A stretch of DNA of 55,574 nt from an uncultured archaeon. GTDB taxonomy: Archaea > Iainarchaeota > Iainarchaeia > Iainarchaeales > JAAZKV01. Each line of letters opens with the position of its first letter. Position 1 is the first letter of the stretch. This document shows positions 9,357-19,145 of this stretch, in pieces. The stretch spans positions 1 through 55,574 of the forward strand of contig CABMEU010000016.1 of NCBI GenBank assembly GCA_902385225.1. Reading direction: 5' to 3'. Made by a program: the position numbers and the translations under genes. The notes below the pieces were generated by a model. The model was not told where the DNA came from. It made no database searches and was given only the letters and a program-made list of their open reading frames with translations.

Positions 9357-9833
9357 ATGTTTAAGAGAATGTTGCGCAGCTTTGCAGGTAAAGTACTTGC
9401 TGATGATACTTCTCAGCCGCTTTCGCAGATAGATTTCTTAAGGGATTTTCTTTCAAGGCACAAATATGTGTTCACTACCGACTTTGAGGAAAATTTAATG
9501 GTGCTAAAGAGAAAGCATTTAGTTGATTCTTTTTTGGTTACAAATCTTGACGGGAGTATTGTTGTTTCAACAGAGGGAGACGGGCACACTGAAGGAATAA
9601 TGGGCACCGCGATGCTCTCGTATATTAAAAGCGAGATGCCTGACTCGGAATCAGTTTTAATTAAGAGGCAGGGTCACTGGTTCATGCTTTTCCCATTAAA
9701 CAAAAAGGTTTTCATAGTGAAAGCCGGCAGCGAATTATCAAATATTGAACTTAAAGCGCTTGCATTTGAGCTTGACGGGTTAATGCAGGTAAATAAACAG
9801 TCAGAAAAAAAAAGAGTTAATCAGGTGGCATAG
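9357..9833 (+). CDS. Roadblock/profilin-like fold protein
   Basis: SFLVTNLDGSIVVST followed by a helix and beta-meander; located between DUF2226 and minD. Confidence 0.55.
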   Translation: MFKRMLRSFAGKVLADDTSQPLSQIDFLRDFLSRHKYVFTTDFEENLMVLKRKHLVDSFLVTNLDGSIVVSTEGDGHTEGIMGTAMLSYIKSEMPDSESVLIKRQGHWFMLFPLNKKVFIVKAGSELSNIELKALAFELDGLMQVNKQSEKKRVNQVA

Positions 9834-9859
9834 AATTAGTTAAGGTAAATGGGCGTGAA

Positions 9860-10648
9860 ATGATGGCTAGGGTTATTGCAGTGGCTTCCGGAAAAGGCGG
9901 AACGGGAAAAACAACTATTACGGCTAACTTAGGAATCGCGCTTGCAAGATTAAAGCAAAAAGTTCTCTTAATTGACGCGGATGTTGCGATGGCGAATCTT
10001 TCGCTAATACTTGGGATGCAGTCCTCTCCAATTACTCTTCACGATGTGCTCCTTGGGGAAGCGCAGGTTCATGATGCGATTTATGACGGACCTGAAGGGG
10101 TAAGATTTATTCCGTCAGGACTTAGTCTTGATAATTATAAGCGCGTTGACAGCGAAAGACTTGCGGGAGTTGTGTCGCAGTTAAATGACGAGTATGATTT
10201 TATTTTGCTTGATGTTGCCGCAGGAATTGAAAAAAATGTTCTAAGCGCTCTTAGCGCTTCGCAGGAAACATTAATGGTTACAATGCCGACTTCTCCAGCG
10301 ATTGCTGATGCACTAAAAACAAAAATTGTTGCGCAGAGGCTTGGCTCAAAGGTTATTGGGGTAGTAATTAATTTTGTTATGAGCGAGAAGGGAGAGATAA
10401 GTAAAAATGATATTGCTAATATGCTTGAGCTTCCGGTTTATGGGAATGTTCCGTATGACCCTGAGGTTAGAAAAAGTTTTATGCAGGAAAAAGTTGCTCC
10501 TGTTATAGTTCGAAAGCCGGACTGTCCCGCCTCCGAAGAAATTACACGTATTGCATCAAGAATTACTGGATTAAAGTCCGAGCCAGTTAAGGCAAAGAAG
10601 TCGGGTTTTTTTGAGCAATTACTTTCTTTATTCAAAAAGAAAAAATGA
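9860..10648 (+). CDS. minD: Archaeal MinD family ATPase
   Basis: SGKGGTGKTT deviant Walker A, DADVAMANL, C-terminal amphipathic GFFEQLLSLF. Confidence 0.93.
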   Translation: MMARVIAVASGKGGTGKTTITANLGIALARLKQKVLLIDADVAMANLSLILGMQSSPITLHDVLLGEAQVHDAIYDGPEGVRFIPSGLSLDNYKRVDSERLAGVVSQLNDEYDFILLDVAAGIEKNVLSALSASQETLMVTMPTSPAIADALKTKIVAQRLGSKVIGVVINFVMSEKGEISKNDIANMLELPVYGNVPYDPEVRKSFMQEKVAPVIVRKPDCPASEEITRIASRITGLKSEPVKAKKSGFFEQLLSLFKKKK

Positions 10649-10657
10649 GGTGTTTTT

Positions 10658-10876
10658 ATGAATAATAGACCATTCGACCTATTGAATGATGCAATAGACA
10701 AAGAAGTATTAGTTGTGCTAAAAGGCAACAACCAAGTTAGGGGAACATTAAAGGCATTTGATGTGCACATGAATTTGCACCTTGAAAACGCTTCGCAGCT
10801 CGTTGACGGCGAAATGAAAACAAAGTACGGAAAAGTAATGGTTCGCGGTGACAGCGTAGTAATGATTTCTCCGTAA
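10658..10876 (+). CDS. Sm-like (Lsm) RNA-binding protein
   Basis: RPFDLL, GTLKAFDVHMNL (Sm1), VRGDSV (Sm2). Confidence 0.95.
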   Translation: MNNRPFDLLNDAIDKEVLVVLKGNNQVRGTLKAFDVHMNLHLENASQLVDGEMKTKYGKVMVRGDSVVMISP

Positions 10877-10900
10877 ATCTAATTTTATTTAACAAATCAC

Positions 10901-10934
10901 GGACTTCAATTTGAAGTCCTTTTTCTTTTTTTTT
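10901..10934 (+). terminator. Hairpin plus T-tract terminator
   Basis: GGACTTCAA-T-TTGAAGTCC followed by a long T run after lsm. Confidence 0.7.
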
Positions 10935-11064
10935 AATTGTCTTTAATCTGCCCCGCTTAGCTTTATTCTGCAGTTATGCTTAATTTGCCCTAAAAAAGGT
11001 GTTCTATCACAGCAACCTTTTTATTTAGGAAAACCCTTTTTATTCTCGCTTAGCTTGTGGTTTA

Positions 11065-12591
11065 ATGGATAATAAGGAAACGGTTATTGACTCTATTCAA
11101 AAGCTTCTCGCGCTTGGAGTTTCGGACAGCGAAATCGCCGAGAATTTATTTGATGTCGGCATAGAGAAGCCGGACGCTTTTGCGCTAATCCGGCAGGCGA
11201 AGGATTTGAGGGATAAACCAAAACAGGAGTCCTCGCAAGTTGCACCCCAAAATAGTTCTTTTTTACAAAAACCAGAAGGGCCGCAAAAAGTTGTTGCCGC
11301 GCAGGAACTTCCAATGGATGAGGAAATAGCAAATCAAATACCTCTGCCAAAGAAAAGCCCCGACGAATCAAGAAGCTCGCCTCAAAAAGCGCTTGATGAG
11401 CTTGAGGAGAGCATGGCTGAGGATGTCTCGGCTGAAGGCGAGGAGGAGAATGCGGAAGAGCTTGAGGAAAAGATTGATGAAAATATGAGGGGTGCTTCTT
11501 TAGGGCAGGCGTCCGCTCAGCCAAAGCAAGCGCAAAAACAAAATCCTTTGTCCAGAACAGAATCAGAGCCTGCAACTATTAATATTCCCGACAAGAGTTT
11601 TTCAAGTCCTTTCCCAAGGAGCGAGGCGACAAAAACAAAATCATTTGCTTCTCAGAAAATAAAACCATTCGCGGGAGTACCAAAAGTTGATTTGGGGAAT
11701 GTTGAGAACGAGATGATGGTTGATGATTTGTGGAAAAAAGGCATCGTTGTTGCGGTTAATGCGAAACTATCTGATATGAAAAAATTAAAAGATGATATTG
11801 ATAATGAACTTGCGCAGAAAGTTGATGAATCAATCCGAAAAGAGCTATACCAATTCAAAACTTTGATGGATTCACAGAAGGATTTGATGATTTCAAGCAA
11901 TAAGCAGGCGCTTGAGGAGAAGCAGAAAGAAATTGTTTTTATTATTGATTCAAAAATTGCGGAATTGAAGCAGTACAATAAGCAAATCTCCGATAATCTT
12001 GCGACAATTGACACTGCAAAACAACAGCAACAGCTCGCGCTCTCGCAGATAAATTCAGCGCTTGAGGATGCGAAACGCACAAAGACACAGATGATTGTGG
12101 AGATGAATTCGGAAATGATTAAGACAAAATCACAGGCGCAGGCGTTCATTGATTCAGCGAGCACTCATTTGAATCAGATGGATGAAAGAATAAACAAAAC
12201 ACTTGAACTTGAGAAAAATATTGCTGACGGAATGCTTGCGCAGGCGGAGCAAAAAATTGAAACTCTTACAATTCAGAGGGCTGATGAACTTATTTCAAGC
12301 CTCCAGCTTGAGCTAAACAAACTCAAAACCGAAACGAGCAACATTTCTCCAGAAATGCTTGAGCAGAAGATTAGAACGCTTGATGAGTTTAAATCACAGT
12401 TCCTCTCAAGCATGCAGGCCAGCCTTGCGCAAATCAATTCTGCCATTGATGAACTCAACAAGAAAAACACGCTCGCGGAGAGAACGCTTGAGGAGAAAAC
12501 ACTCGCAATTGACGCAAAACTTGAGGAGCTCACAAAGTTCGAGAAGAAATTAACTGACAGGTTAAGCAAGTCGGTTGAGAAGAAGAAATGA
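11065..12591 (+). CDS. Hypothetical long coiled-coil protein with disordered acidic linker
   Basis: 508 aa; small N-terminal helical domain, E/P/S-rich linker, heptad-rich C-terminal part. Confidence 0.75.
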   Translation: MDNKETVIDSIQKLLALGVSDSEIAENLFDVGIEKPDAFALIRQAKDLRDKPKQESSQVAPQNSSFLQKPEGPQKVVAAQELPMDEEIANQIPLPKKSPDESRSSPQKALDELEESMAEDVSAEGEEENAEELEEKIDENMRGASLGQASAQPKQAQKQNPLSRTESEPATINIPDKSFSSPFPRSEATKTKSFASQKIKPFAGVPKVDLGNVENEMMVDDLWKKGIVVAVNAKLSDMKKLKDDIDNELAQKVDESIRKELYQFKTLMDSQKDLMISSNKQALEEKQKEIVFIIDSKIAELKQYNKQISDNLATIDTAKQQQQLALSQINSALEDAKRTKTQMIVEMNSEMIKTKSQAQAFIDSASTHLNQMDERINKTLELEKNIADGMLAQAEQKIETLTIQRADELISSLQLELNKLKTETSNISPEMLEQKIRTLDEFKSQFLSSMQASLAQINSAIDELNKKNTLAERTLEEKTLAIDAKLEELTKFEKKLTDRLSKSVEKKK

Positions 12592-13134
12592 TTATTTTAA
12601 GCGTTCTTCCTCAAGCTTCAAAAATATCTTTCTTAGCTCACTATTCTTAATTTGGCTTCTGGCAGTCGCCCAGAAGTCTTCAAAGTCTGTATTTGGATAA
12701 CCTTCTTTTTCATACTCAAGCGCCTGAACAACCACTTCAAGTTTATCTATCTCCCAGACAGCTCTTGCTTCTTCGGATTTTTTGTCCTCATATTCTTCCC
12801 AGAGTTCTAAATATTCTGAGTTTTTGAATATTTTTTGGGCAGCCTTTTTCTCCAATTTCTGCTTTTCTTCCTTTGTTGTGTTGAATAATGGTCCCTTGCC
12901 CTCAACAACCAAATCACCAGTTTCTGCTTCTACAAGGTCGTGGAGCAGGGCGAGTTTTATCATTTTGTTCTCATCAAGCCCTAATTTTTTCGCAAGAAGA
13001 AAAGCCATTAATGAAGTTCGGTAAGAGTGGTCAGCAACGCTCTCCGGGTTTTTTATTTTTATATATGTCCAGCCTGTGCGTTTTGTTTTTTTTAATTTTC
13101 CAGCCGCTTCAAAGATTCTCTCAAGATTGCTCAT
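12592..13134 (-). CDS. HD-domain hydrolase (YfbR/HDDC2-like 5'-deoxynucleotidase)
   Basis: RTGW, ESVADHS, HDLVEA..GD, DKLE; ATGA overlap with the upstream gene. Confidence 0.9.
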   Translation of the reverse strand: MSNLERIFEAAGKLKKTKRTGWTYIKIKNPESVADHSYRTSLMAFLLAKKLGLDENKMIKLALLHDLVEAETGDLVVEGKGPLFNTTKEEKQKLEKKAAQKIFKNSEYLELWEEYEDKKSEEARAVWEIDKLEVVVQALEYEKEGYPNTDFEDFWATARSQIKNSELRKIFLKLEEERLK

Positions 13135-14210
13135 ATATGTTCGCCTTTTGTAGTCGCACAAGTAAGTTTTTTGTTATATTTACTGCTTACTATCGCGCTT
13201 TTGCCTTTTCCTTTCTGCTTCTTCGCCTCTTCCTTAATTTTCTCAATCATTTCGCACGCCTTGCAGAATCCTTTTTCTGTTGGCTCGCCGCATTGTCTGC
13301 ACTCGACAAGTTTTTGGGCGAGGAGCGGTTTTTCTTTTTCATGCGGGCGAATTAGCGGCTTAATGTTTTCGTAAAAGCGAAGGATGGAGAATTCCGTTCC
13401 GGGAAATCTGTTTTCAAAGTGATTAAGCATTTCTCGGTACTCGTTTCTTTTCGCGGTCCAGGAGTAGGGGCAGCACTCCTCGGAATAATGTTTTATTTCG
13501 CGAAAGGCGCAATATGCAATAATTTCTTTTTCAGGGGTTTCGTATAATGGTTTTATTCTTTTAACAAATCCCGAGTGCTCAATTACTCCTGCGCTCGCGC
13601 TCATTCTTTTCATTCTCTCAAAATCATTATTGAATACATTCATCACAAAGCTCTGCACCTCATCATCCATGTTGTGTCCGGTTGCGAGTTTATTTGCTCC
13701 GAGGGTTTTCGCGTATTTGTTCATAATATTTCTTCGCAGGGTTCCGCAGAACGCGCAGGTTCCTCCGAGCTTTGGATTATTCAAAATCAAGGGCATTAAT
13801 TTGTCATTTGTTATTCCAAACTCTTTTTTGAATTGAATTATTTTGTAATTAACTCCGAGTTTTTTGCAATTCTCAACCGCACACTTAATTGCCTTCTCGC
13901 GGTAGCCCTTTACTCCTTCATCAATTATGAGTGCTTCAATTTTGTTCAGGCGTGAATAGAATTTGCAAAGCAAATAAAGGAGAACAGTGGAATCCTTTCC
14001 TCCGCTCAGCGCCACAAGTATTTTTTCTTTTGCCCTAAATAAATTATATTTGCGAATTGTTTTTTTGAATCGATTCTCAAAGAACTGCACAAAATGTTTT
14101 TCGCAGAAGTAGTGCGGTCCGTAAGCTAAAGTAATCACCGATTTTTGCGGGCACTTATCGCACTTTCTTTGGGCGGTTTCATCCTTCGTAGTTATTTTTT
14201 TTGCCTTCAT
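13131..14210 (-). CDS. ncsA: tRNA 2-thiolation protein NcsA/TtuA (TIGR00269 family)
   Basis: N- and C-terminal Zn fingers, SGGKDS PP-loop, CAFCG, TGHNMDDE, CPY. Confidence 0.9.
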   Translation of the reverse strand: MKAKKITTKDETAQRKCDKCPQKSVITLAYGPHYFCEKHFVQFFENRFKKTIRKYNLFRAKEKILVALSGGKDSTVLLYLLCKFYSRLNKIEALIIDEGVKGYREKAIKCAVENCKKLGVNYKIIQFKKEFGITNDKLMPLILNNPKLGGTCAFCGTLRRNIMNKYAKTLGANKLATGHNMDDEVQSFVMNVFNNDFERMKRMSASAGVIEHSGFVKRIKPLYETPEKEIIAYCAFREIKHYSEECCPYSWTAKRNEYREMLNHFENRFPGTEFSILRFYENIKPLIRPHEKEKPLLAQKLVECRQCGEPTEKGFCKACEMIEKIKEEAKKQKGKGKSAIVSSKYNKKLTCATTKGEHI

Positions 14211-14255
14211 AAAAACGTTTATATAAGGCAAAGCTTAAATTTACTTAGTGATTTG

Positions 14256-14522
14256 ATGCCAAGAGTTGTTGTAAAACCGGTTTTAAGAAAAAAGCCCTCA
14301 TGGGGTGCTAGTTTGTTTACTCAGGCGGCATCAGGGGTGTTTAGAGGACCTGCCGCTCGTGCACTTTTAGAAAGGGAAGCAGCTGGAAAGAACCACCGAT
14401 TTGCTACTTCGCAACGCAAAGCGCCAAATTCCCAGCATAGCGCTCAGGGAAGAATTAAACCTGGAAAAATGGTTCATGCGCAGGGTTTGCCGAAGTGGAC
14501 TCCGCATTCTAAAGATAAATAA
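14256..14522 (+). CDS. Small basic hypothetical protein
   Basis: MPRVVVKPVLRKKPSW...; fills the gap between ncsA and rpl15e. Confidence 0.45.
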   Translation: MPRVVVKPVLRKKPSWGASLFTQAASGVFRGPAARALLEREAAGKNHRFATSQRKAPNSQHSAQGRIKPGKMVHAQGLPKWTPHSKDK

Positions 14523-14597
14523 CATATTTTTTCCCGCTTCGTCAGTAGCTTTATAAATGCTTTTTTTGAGTAATTTTGTCATACTGGTGAGTTATAG

Positions 14598-15194
14598 ATG
14601 GGAGCAAATAAGTACATTAGAGCAGCTTTTCAAAAAGAATGGAAAGGAACTGCTGACAGTAATTACGATTATGCGTCGATAATGCGACAGCGCGGGCTTG
14701 AGTACAGAAATTCTGGGGATGCTGTTGTTAAGATTGAGCACCCGACTAATTTGCCTTCAGCGAGAAGCGTTGGATATAAGGCTAAGCAGGGTATTTTTGT
14801 TGCGAGAGTTAGGGTAAGAAAAGGAACCGGAACTCATCACAGACCAAAGAACAAGAGAAGACCAAAGAGACAGGGACAGGCAAAACTCTCAAGAAAAATC
14901 AGCACTCAAGCTATGGCTGAGCAGAAAGCTTCTAAGAAATTTGAGAACGCTGAAGCACTCGGGTCATATAAGATTGCTGAAGACGGTAAGTGGCATTATT
15001 TTGAAGTAGTGTTGGCTGATAGAACTGCCTCAACTATTGTTAATGATAAGAACCTCAAGTGGCTCCAGTTCCACAAAGGAAGAGCGGAGAGAGGAAAGAC
15101 TTTCATTGGAAGAGTAAATAAGGAAAACAACAAGAAGAACATGCGAAAGCACAGAGCAAAAATAGCTCTTGACCATAAGTATACGCATAATTAA
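14598..15194 (+). CDS. rpl15e: 50S ribosomal protein L15e
   Basis: PTNLPSARSVGYKAKQG, RVRVRKG, EDGKWHYFEVV. Confidence 0.95.
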   Translation: MGANKYIRAAFQKEWKGTADSNYDYASIMRQRGLEYRNSGDAVVKIEHPTNLPSARSVGYKAKQGIFVARVRVRKGTGTHHRPKNKRRPKRQGQAKLSRKISTQAMAEQKASKKFENAEALGSYKIAEDGKWHYFEVVLADRTASTIVNDKNLKWLQFHKGRAERGKTFIGRVNKENNKKNMRKHRAKIALDHKYTHN

Positions 15195-15263
15195 ATTTAG
15201 ATTTGGCTAACATGCAAGTGCAAAGCAGGCAGTTAAGTTATCCAAAATTATAAAGGTTATATT

Positions 15264-15833
15264 ATGGATGTTGTGTATACACAACCGCTCAAAGAGCTGT
15301 TGCAGGTAAGTACTTACTTTAAAGAAACTCTAATTGTACTCGTTGCAAGTGAAAAAGACGAGAAAGTCGCAAAAACTAATGATTTAATTCCGTGCTACTT
15401 GGTTACGGAGAATACTTCTCAATCTGATTTGCAAAAACTCTCTGGAAAGAAAAGAGCGGTTGTCGGCGGAAGCATTTTGGCTAATGAGTTCGCTGTGAAA
15501 ATCAAGGCGGATTATTTACTCCAGCCAAGCAACACAAAACAATTCTTTGATTTGGGCTTAGCGAAGAAGCTTTCTGATAACGGAACAACCGTTGTATTAA
15601 TGTTTGAAGAACTTTTGAAAGCGAATTCCTTTGAGAGGCACCAGTACTGGAAAAATTATATTGAGGTTGTAAGATACTGCAAGTTAAAGAAAACAAAATT
15701 TATTGTTGCGAGCGGAACAAAGGACCCGCTGCTTCTTCGCCCAAGAAAAACTAGAGAAGCGCTTGCAGTGCTCTTAGGACTCCCGCAGGAAATTGCGAGA
15801 GCATACATTGAAGAGGAAGTGAAAAGCAAATGA
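15264..15833 (+). CDS. rnp3: RNase P protein Rpp30 (divergent)
   Basis: C-terminal VASGTKDPLLLRP...LLGL; conserved position between rpl15e and pop5. Confidence 0.75.
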   Translation: MDVVYTQPLKELLQVSTYFKETLIVLVASEKDEKVAKTNDLIPCYLVTENTSQSDLQKLSGKKRAVVGGSILANEFAVKIKADYLLQPSNTKQFFDLGLAKKLSDNGTTVVLMFEELLKANSFERHQYWKNYIEVVRYCKLKKTKFIVASGTKDPLLLRPRKTREALAVLLGLPQEIARAYIEEEVKSK

Positions 15834-16189
15834 GCACCATGAAAATTGCTAAACAAAAGAAAACAATCACTCCTCTCTCAAAGCGCGAGCGTAAGCGCTA
15901 CATTTTATTTGAAGTGCTTAATGCTGAGGTAACTGAGAAAGATTTTTACTTTGGCTTCTGGATTGATCTCCTTTCTTTCTTTGGCTCTAAAGGGCTAGCG
16001 GAAATTAATCCAAAAGTTGTTCTCTTCAAGGGAAATAAAGCGATAGTGAAATGCGCGAGAGGAAAAGAAAACGAATTAATCGCGGGAACAGCGTTCATTG
16101 AGAAGATTAGAAATAAGAAAATCATTCTCGTTCCTGTTCTAACTTCCGGAACGGTTAAAACGCTCAAGGAATACGCGAAGATTGAGTAA
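15830..16189 (+). CDS. rnp2: RNase P protein Pop5/Rpp14
   Basis: RERKRYILFEV, FFGSKG, SGTVK. Confidence 0.9.
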   Translation: MSTMKIAKQKKTITPLSKRERKRYILFEVLNAEVTEKDFYFGFWIDLLSFFGSKGLAEINPKVVLFKGNKAIVKCARGKENELIAGTAFIEKIRNKKIILVPVLTSGTVKTLKEYAKIE

Positions 16190-16202
16190 GCGCTGGATAG
16201 TT

Positions 16203-17006
16203 TTATTTTCCAGCTTCTTTTAATGCTGCTTCTCTCCATCGCTCCCGTCTTCTTGGTGCATTCTCCGCATAATATCCGCGCGGTTTTTCAGCAAAACTAT
16301 TATAGAGCCACTCCGCTAGTGGTCTGCTTGGGGTGTGTTTCATATATTGTTTTATAAAGAATTGGAATTCTTCTCTCCCCATGCAGTGGTAAATGTCAAC
16401 AAAAGTGTTTTGTATGTTGAGGCCTCCAAGCGTTGTGTCTTTTGCTTTTCTTTTTGAGAGTTCTCCCACGTCAAGAATTATTCTCTCGTATGTATCTCCT
16501 TTTTTATAAAAATGCCAAAAATCAACGACCCATGCCGCATAGTGGAGCTTGTGAATTTTTGCGAGGTCGCTTGAGAGTTCATCAATAAGTTTTTTGTCGG
16601 TTGAAAGTTTTAATTGTTTAAGGAAAGTGGGTTTTGGGAGTCCTCCTTCATACATCCAGGCTGAGTCGTGTGTTGGTATAAGTTTTCCGTATCTTCGCTC
16701 AAGGTTTGGAACAAAAACATGCAGCCGCGTCTTACTTGATTTTCTTAAATCCACTTTGGAGAATTCAACTACTGGCAGACCATTTTTTCTCAAATCAGCC
16801 CACGTTTTTTGTTGGCGTATGATGCTCAGTTCTGGGAGAATATAATGTGTGTCCCTTCTGGTGAATTTTACGGCAAGCAGCCTTCTGCGCCCAGTTTTCT
16901 CTCTGACTTGGGCTTTATGAGCCTCATAGAATCTTCCTTCTCCAAGTTTAGTGTCTATTTTCACCTCTGCATTGTGCAGAAGGAGAGGGTTTTTTCGTTT
17001 TGCCAT
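16203..17006 (-). CDS. Basic protein with degenerate protein-kinase-like fold
   Basis: LGEGRF Gly loop, LLAVKF, DLAKIH, RIILDVG; canonical HxD absent. Confidence 0.6.
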   Translation of the reverse strand: MAKRKNPLLLHNAEVKIDTKLGEGRFYEAHKAQVREKTGRRRLLAVKFTRRDTHYILPELSIIRQQKTWADLRKNGLPVVEFSKVDLRKSSKTRLHVFVPNLERRYGKLIPTHDSAWMYEGGLPKPTFLKQLKLSTDKKLIDELSSDLAKIHKLHYAAWVVDFWHFYKKGDTYERIILDVGELSKRKAKDTTLGGLNIQNTFVDIYHCMGREEFQFFIKQYMKHTPSRPLAEWLYNSFAEKPRGYYAENAPRRRERWREAALKEAGK

Positions 17007-17250
17007 AAAATAAGTAAGGCAGCGTTATATAATAAGTTTAAGGCGGGTTCATTTGAGCTATTTTGCTCGTTCAAAAAACCTTTTTAAACATTTTTATTGG
17101 GTATTATGTTGTATTGGAAGAAGAAAGCAGCGCCAAAATTGGGGCGTTTTTTAGCGATTTCTTTTTAAGGTTTAAGTTAAGGAAGATAATAGTTTTTGGC
17201 GCAGGTGGCGCTGATTTAGAGTTTTAGAGTTAAAAGGTATTGGTGATTTT

Positions 17251-17970
17251 ATGTATCCTGTTCAGCAATCAAAGGTTCCCGCGTATGATAAGGCGGCTAC
17301 AATGTTTTCTCCTGATGGGAGACTCTACCAGGTAGAGTATGCTTCAAAAATAGTGGAGCAGGGAAGTACTGGTGTTGGAGTAGTTTATGCTGACGGAATC
17401 GTCTTGGCAGCTGATAAAAGTATTTCAAGCAAAATGATTATCCCTGAATCAATTGAGAAAATATTTAAGATTGACAATAATATCGGTGTTGTTTCTGCTG
17501 GTCTCGTTGGAGATGCAAGACGCTTAGTTGGCATCGCACGAAGACAGGCGCAGGACAATAAAATGGTTTTCTCTGAAAATATTCAGGTAGAAACTATGGC
17601 GAAGGAAATCGCTGAAACAAAGCAGGCATTTACTCAATACGGCGGACTAAGACCATTTGGTGTTGCATTTATTATCGGCGGATTTGACGAGAAGGGTCCA
17701 AAACTATTTGAGACTGAGCCAAGTGGAGCGCTTGCTGAATACAAGGCCGTTGCTGTCGGAAGAAATAAAGACAAAGCGATGGAAGTATTCGAAAAAGAAT
17801 TCAAGGAAGGTATTTCGCTTAGCGACGCAGTTGTAATGGCATACAAGTCAATTGAGAAGAGCATGCCTGAGAAAGAAAAAATCAGCGCCTCAAGAGTAGA
17901 GTTTGTGGTTATTGATAAAGAAGGATTTAGGCACTTAAGCGACAGAGAATTTAAGGCAGCATTCAAGTAA
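17251..17970 (+). CDS. psmA: Proteasome subunit alpha
   Basis: YDKAATMFSPDGRLYQVEYA, RPFGV. Confidence 0.97.
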   Translation: MYPVQQSKVPAYDKAATMFSPDGRLYQVEYASKIVEQGSTGVGVVYADGIVLAADKSISSKMIIPESIEKIFKIDNNIGVVSAGLVGDARRLVGIARRQAQDNKMVFSENIQVETMAKEIAETKQAFTQYGGLRPFGVAFIIGGFDEKGPKLFETEPSGALAEYKAVAVGRNKDKAMEVFEKEFKEGISLSDAVVMAYKSIEKSMPEKEKISASRVEFVVIDKEGFRHLSDREFKAAFK

Positions 17971-18069
17971 TGATAAATATTACATTAATCAACTCACAGT
18001 CCTGGGAAGGTCAAAAGAAAAAACCGGGGCATTTAGTTTACAGTTAGAAAGGATAAAGAAGGAAATAAT

Positions 18070-18771
18070 ATGGTTAGAGTAGAGGATGCTGTTGTTGCTC
18101 GTCTTGAGAAATTTGGTCACAAATTTGAGATACTGGTTGACCCAATCCTTGCAATGGAAGTAAAGCACGGAAAGGATGTTCCGCTTGAGAACTTAATGGC
18201 AATTGAACGGGTTTTCAAAGACCCAAAAATCGGGGACGAGCAGAGCCCTGAGACATTAAAGAAAAGTTTTCAAACCACTGACCTCAAAGAAATTGTTAAT
18301 AAAATTATTAGAGACGGGGAAGTGCAATTAACTACTGACCAGAGAAGAGCGATGACAGAAAAGAAGCGCCTTGAAATAATTCAATTTATTTCACGTAACG
18401 CGATTAATCCGCAGACAAAGACTCCTCATCCTCCTCAGAGAATTGAGAATATTATGGAGCAGGAAAAAATTCATGTTGATCCATTCAAAAGCGCTGAAGA
18501 GCAAATACCTGATATTGTGAAAGTAATGCGAAGAATTGTTCCAATGTCAATGGAAAAAATTGATTTTGCTATTAAGGTTCCTGCGCAGTACGCGGGGAGA
18601 TGCTCAAGCATCATACACAAATATGAAATGAAAAAAGAAGAGTGGCTTAATGACGGTTCGCTTGCGGCAGAGTTCTTGCTTCCAGCAGGCTCAAAGCAGG
18701 ATTTGATGAATGAATTAAACGCGGTAACACACGGGGAAATAATTGTTAAGATAATTGGGACAGCGCAATGA
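18070..18771 (+). CDS. Ribosome assembly factor SBDS/Sdo1
   Basis: KFEILVDP, GEVQLTTDQRR, NPQTKTPHPPQRI. Confidence 0.95.
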   Translation: MVRVEDAVVARLEKFGHKFEILVDPILAMEVKHGKDVPLENLMAIERVFKDPKIGDEQSPETLKKSFQTTDLKEIVNKIIRDGEVQLTTDQRRAMTEKKRLEIIQFISRNAINPQTKTPHPPQRIENIMEQEKIHVDPFKSAEEQIPDIVKVMRRIVPMSMEKIDFAIKVPAQYAGRCSSIIHKYEMKKEEWLNDGSLAAEFLLPAGSKQDLMNELNAVTHGEIIVKIIGTAQ

Positions 18772-19145
18772 AGTTAGAATATGGTGATTTTTTGATTGTG
18801 AGGAAGGAAGAGACAGTGAAATTTCAAAATAGCACTAAGTGTGTAGCTTATGAATATCCTACGCATGATGCTGATGTGAATATTGCAATAGTGAAAATAT
18901 CTGGGCGTTATCCTGAGATTGGACAGGTTATGAATGAAAAAGTAAAAGAGATTGTTTATGTTGAGAAAGGTTCTGGAAGAGTTGTTATTGAGGGGCAGGA
19001 GCACAAACTCAAAGCGGGAGATGTTGTATTACTTCTGCCGAAGAAAAAATATTATTGGGACGGGAAATTAACGATTGTTTCGGCATGCGCTCCGGCGTGG
19101 TACTCAGAACAGCATAAAACAATTAATTTTAATGAAGGTGAATAA
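18768..19145 (+). CDS. Cupin domain protein
   Basis: GRYP, EIVYVEKGSG, LKAGDVV; ATGA overlap with SBDS. Confidence 0.8.
   Translation: MKLEYGDFLIVRKEETVKFQNSTKCVAYEYPTHDADVNIAIVKISGRYPEIGQVMNEKVKEIVYVEKGSGRVVIEGQEHKLKAGDVVLLLPKKKYYWDGKLTIVSACAPAWYSEQHKTINFNEGE

Noticed and set aside
11093-12569. Ser/Phe-rich minus-strand ORFs
   Set aside because: Antisense shadows of the Glu/Lys-rich coiled-coil gene
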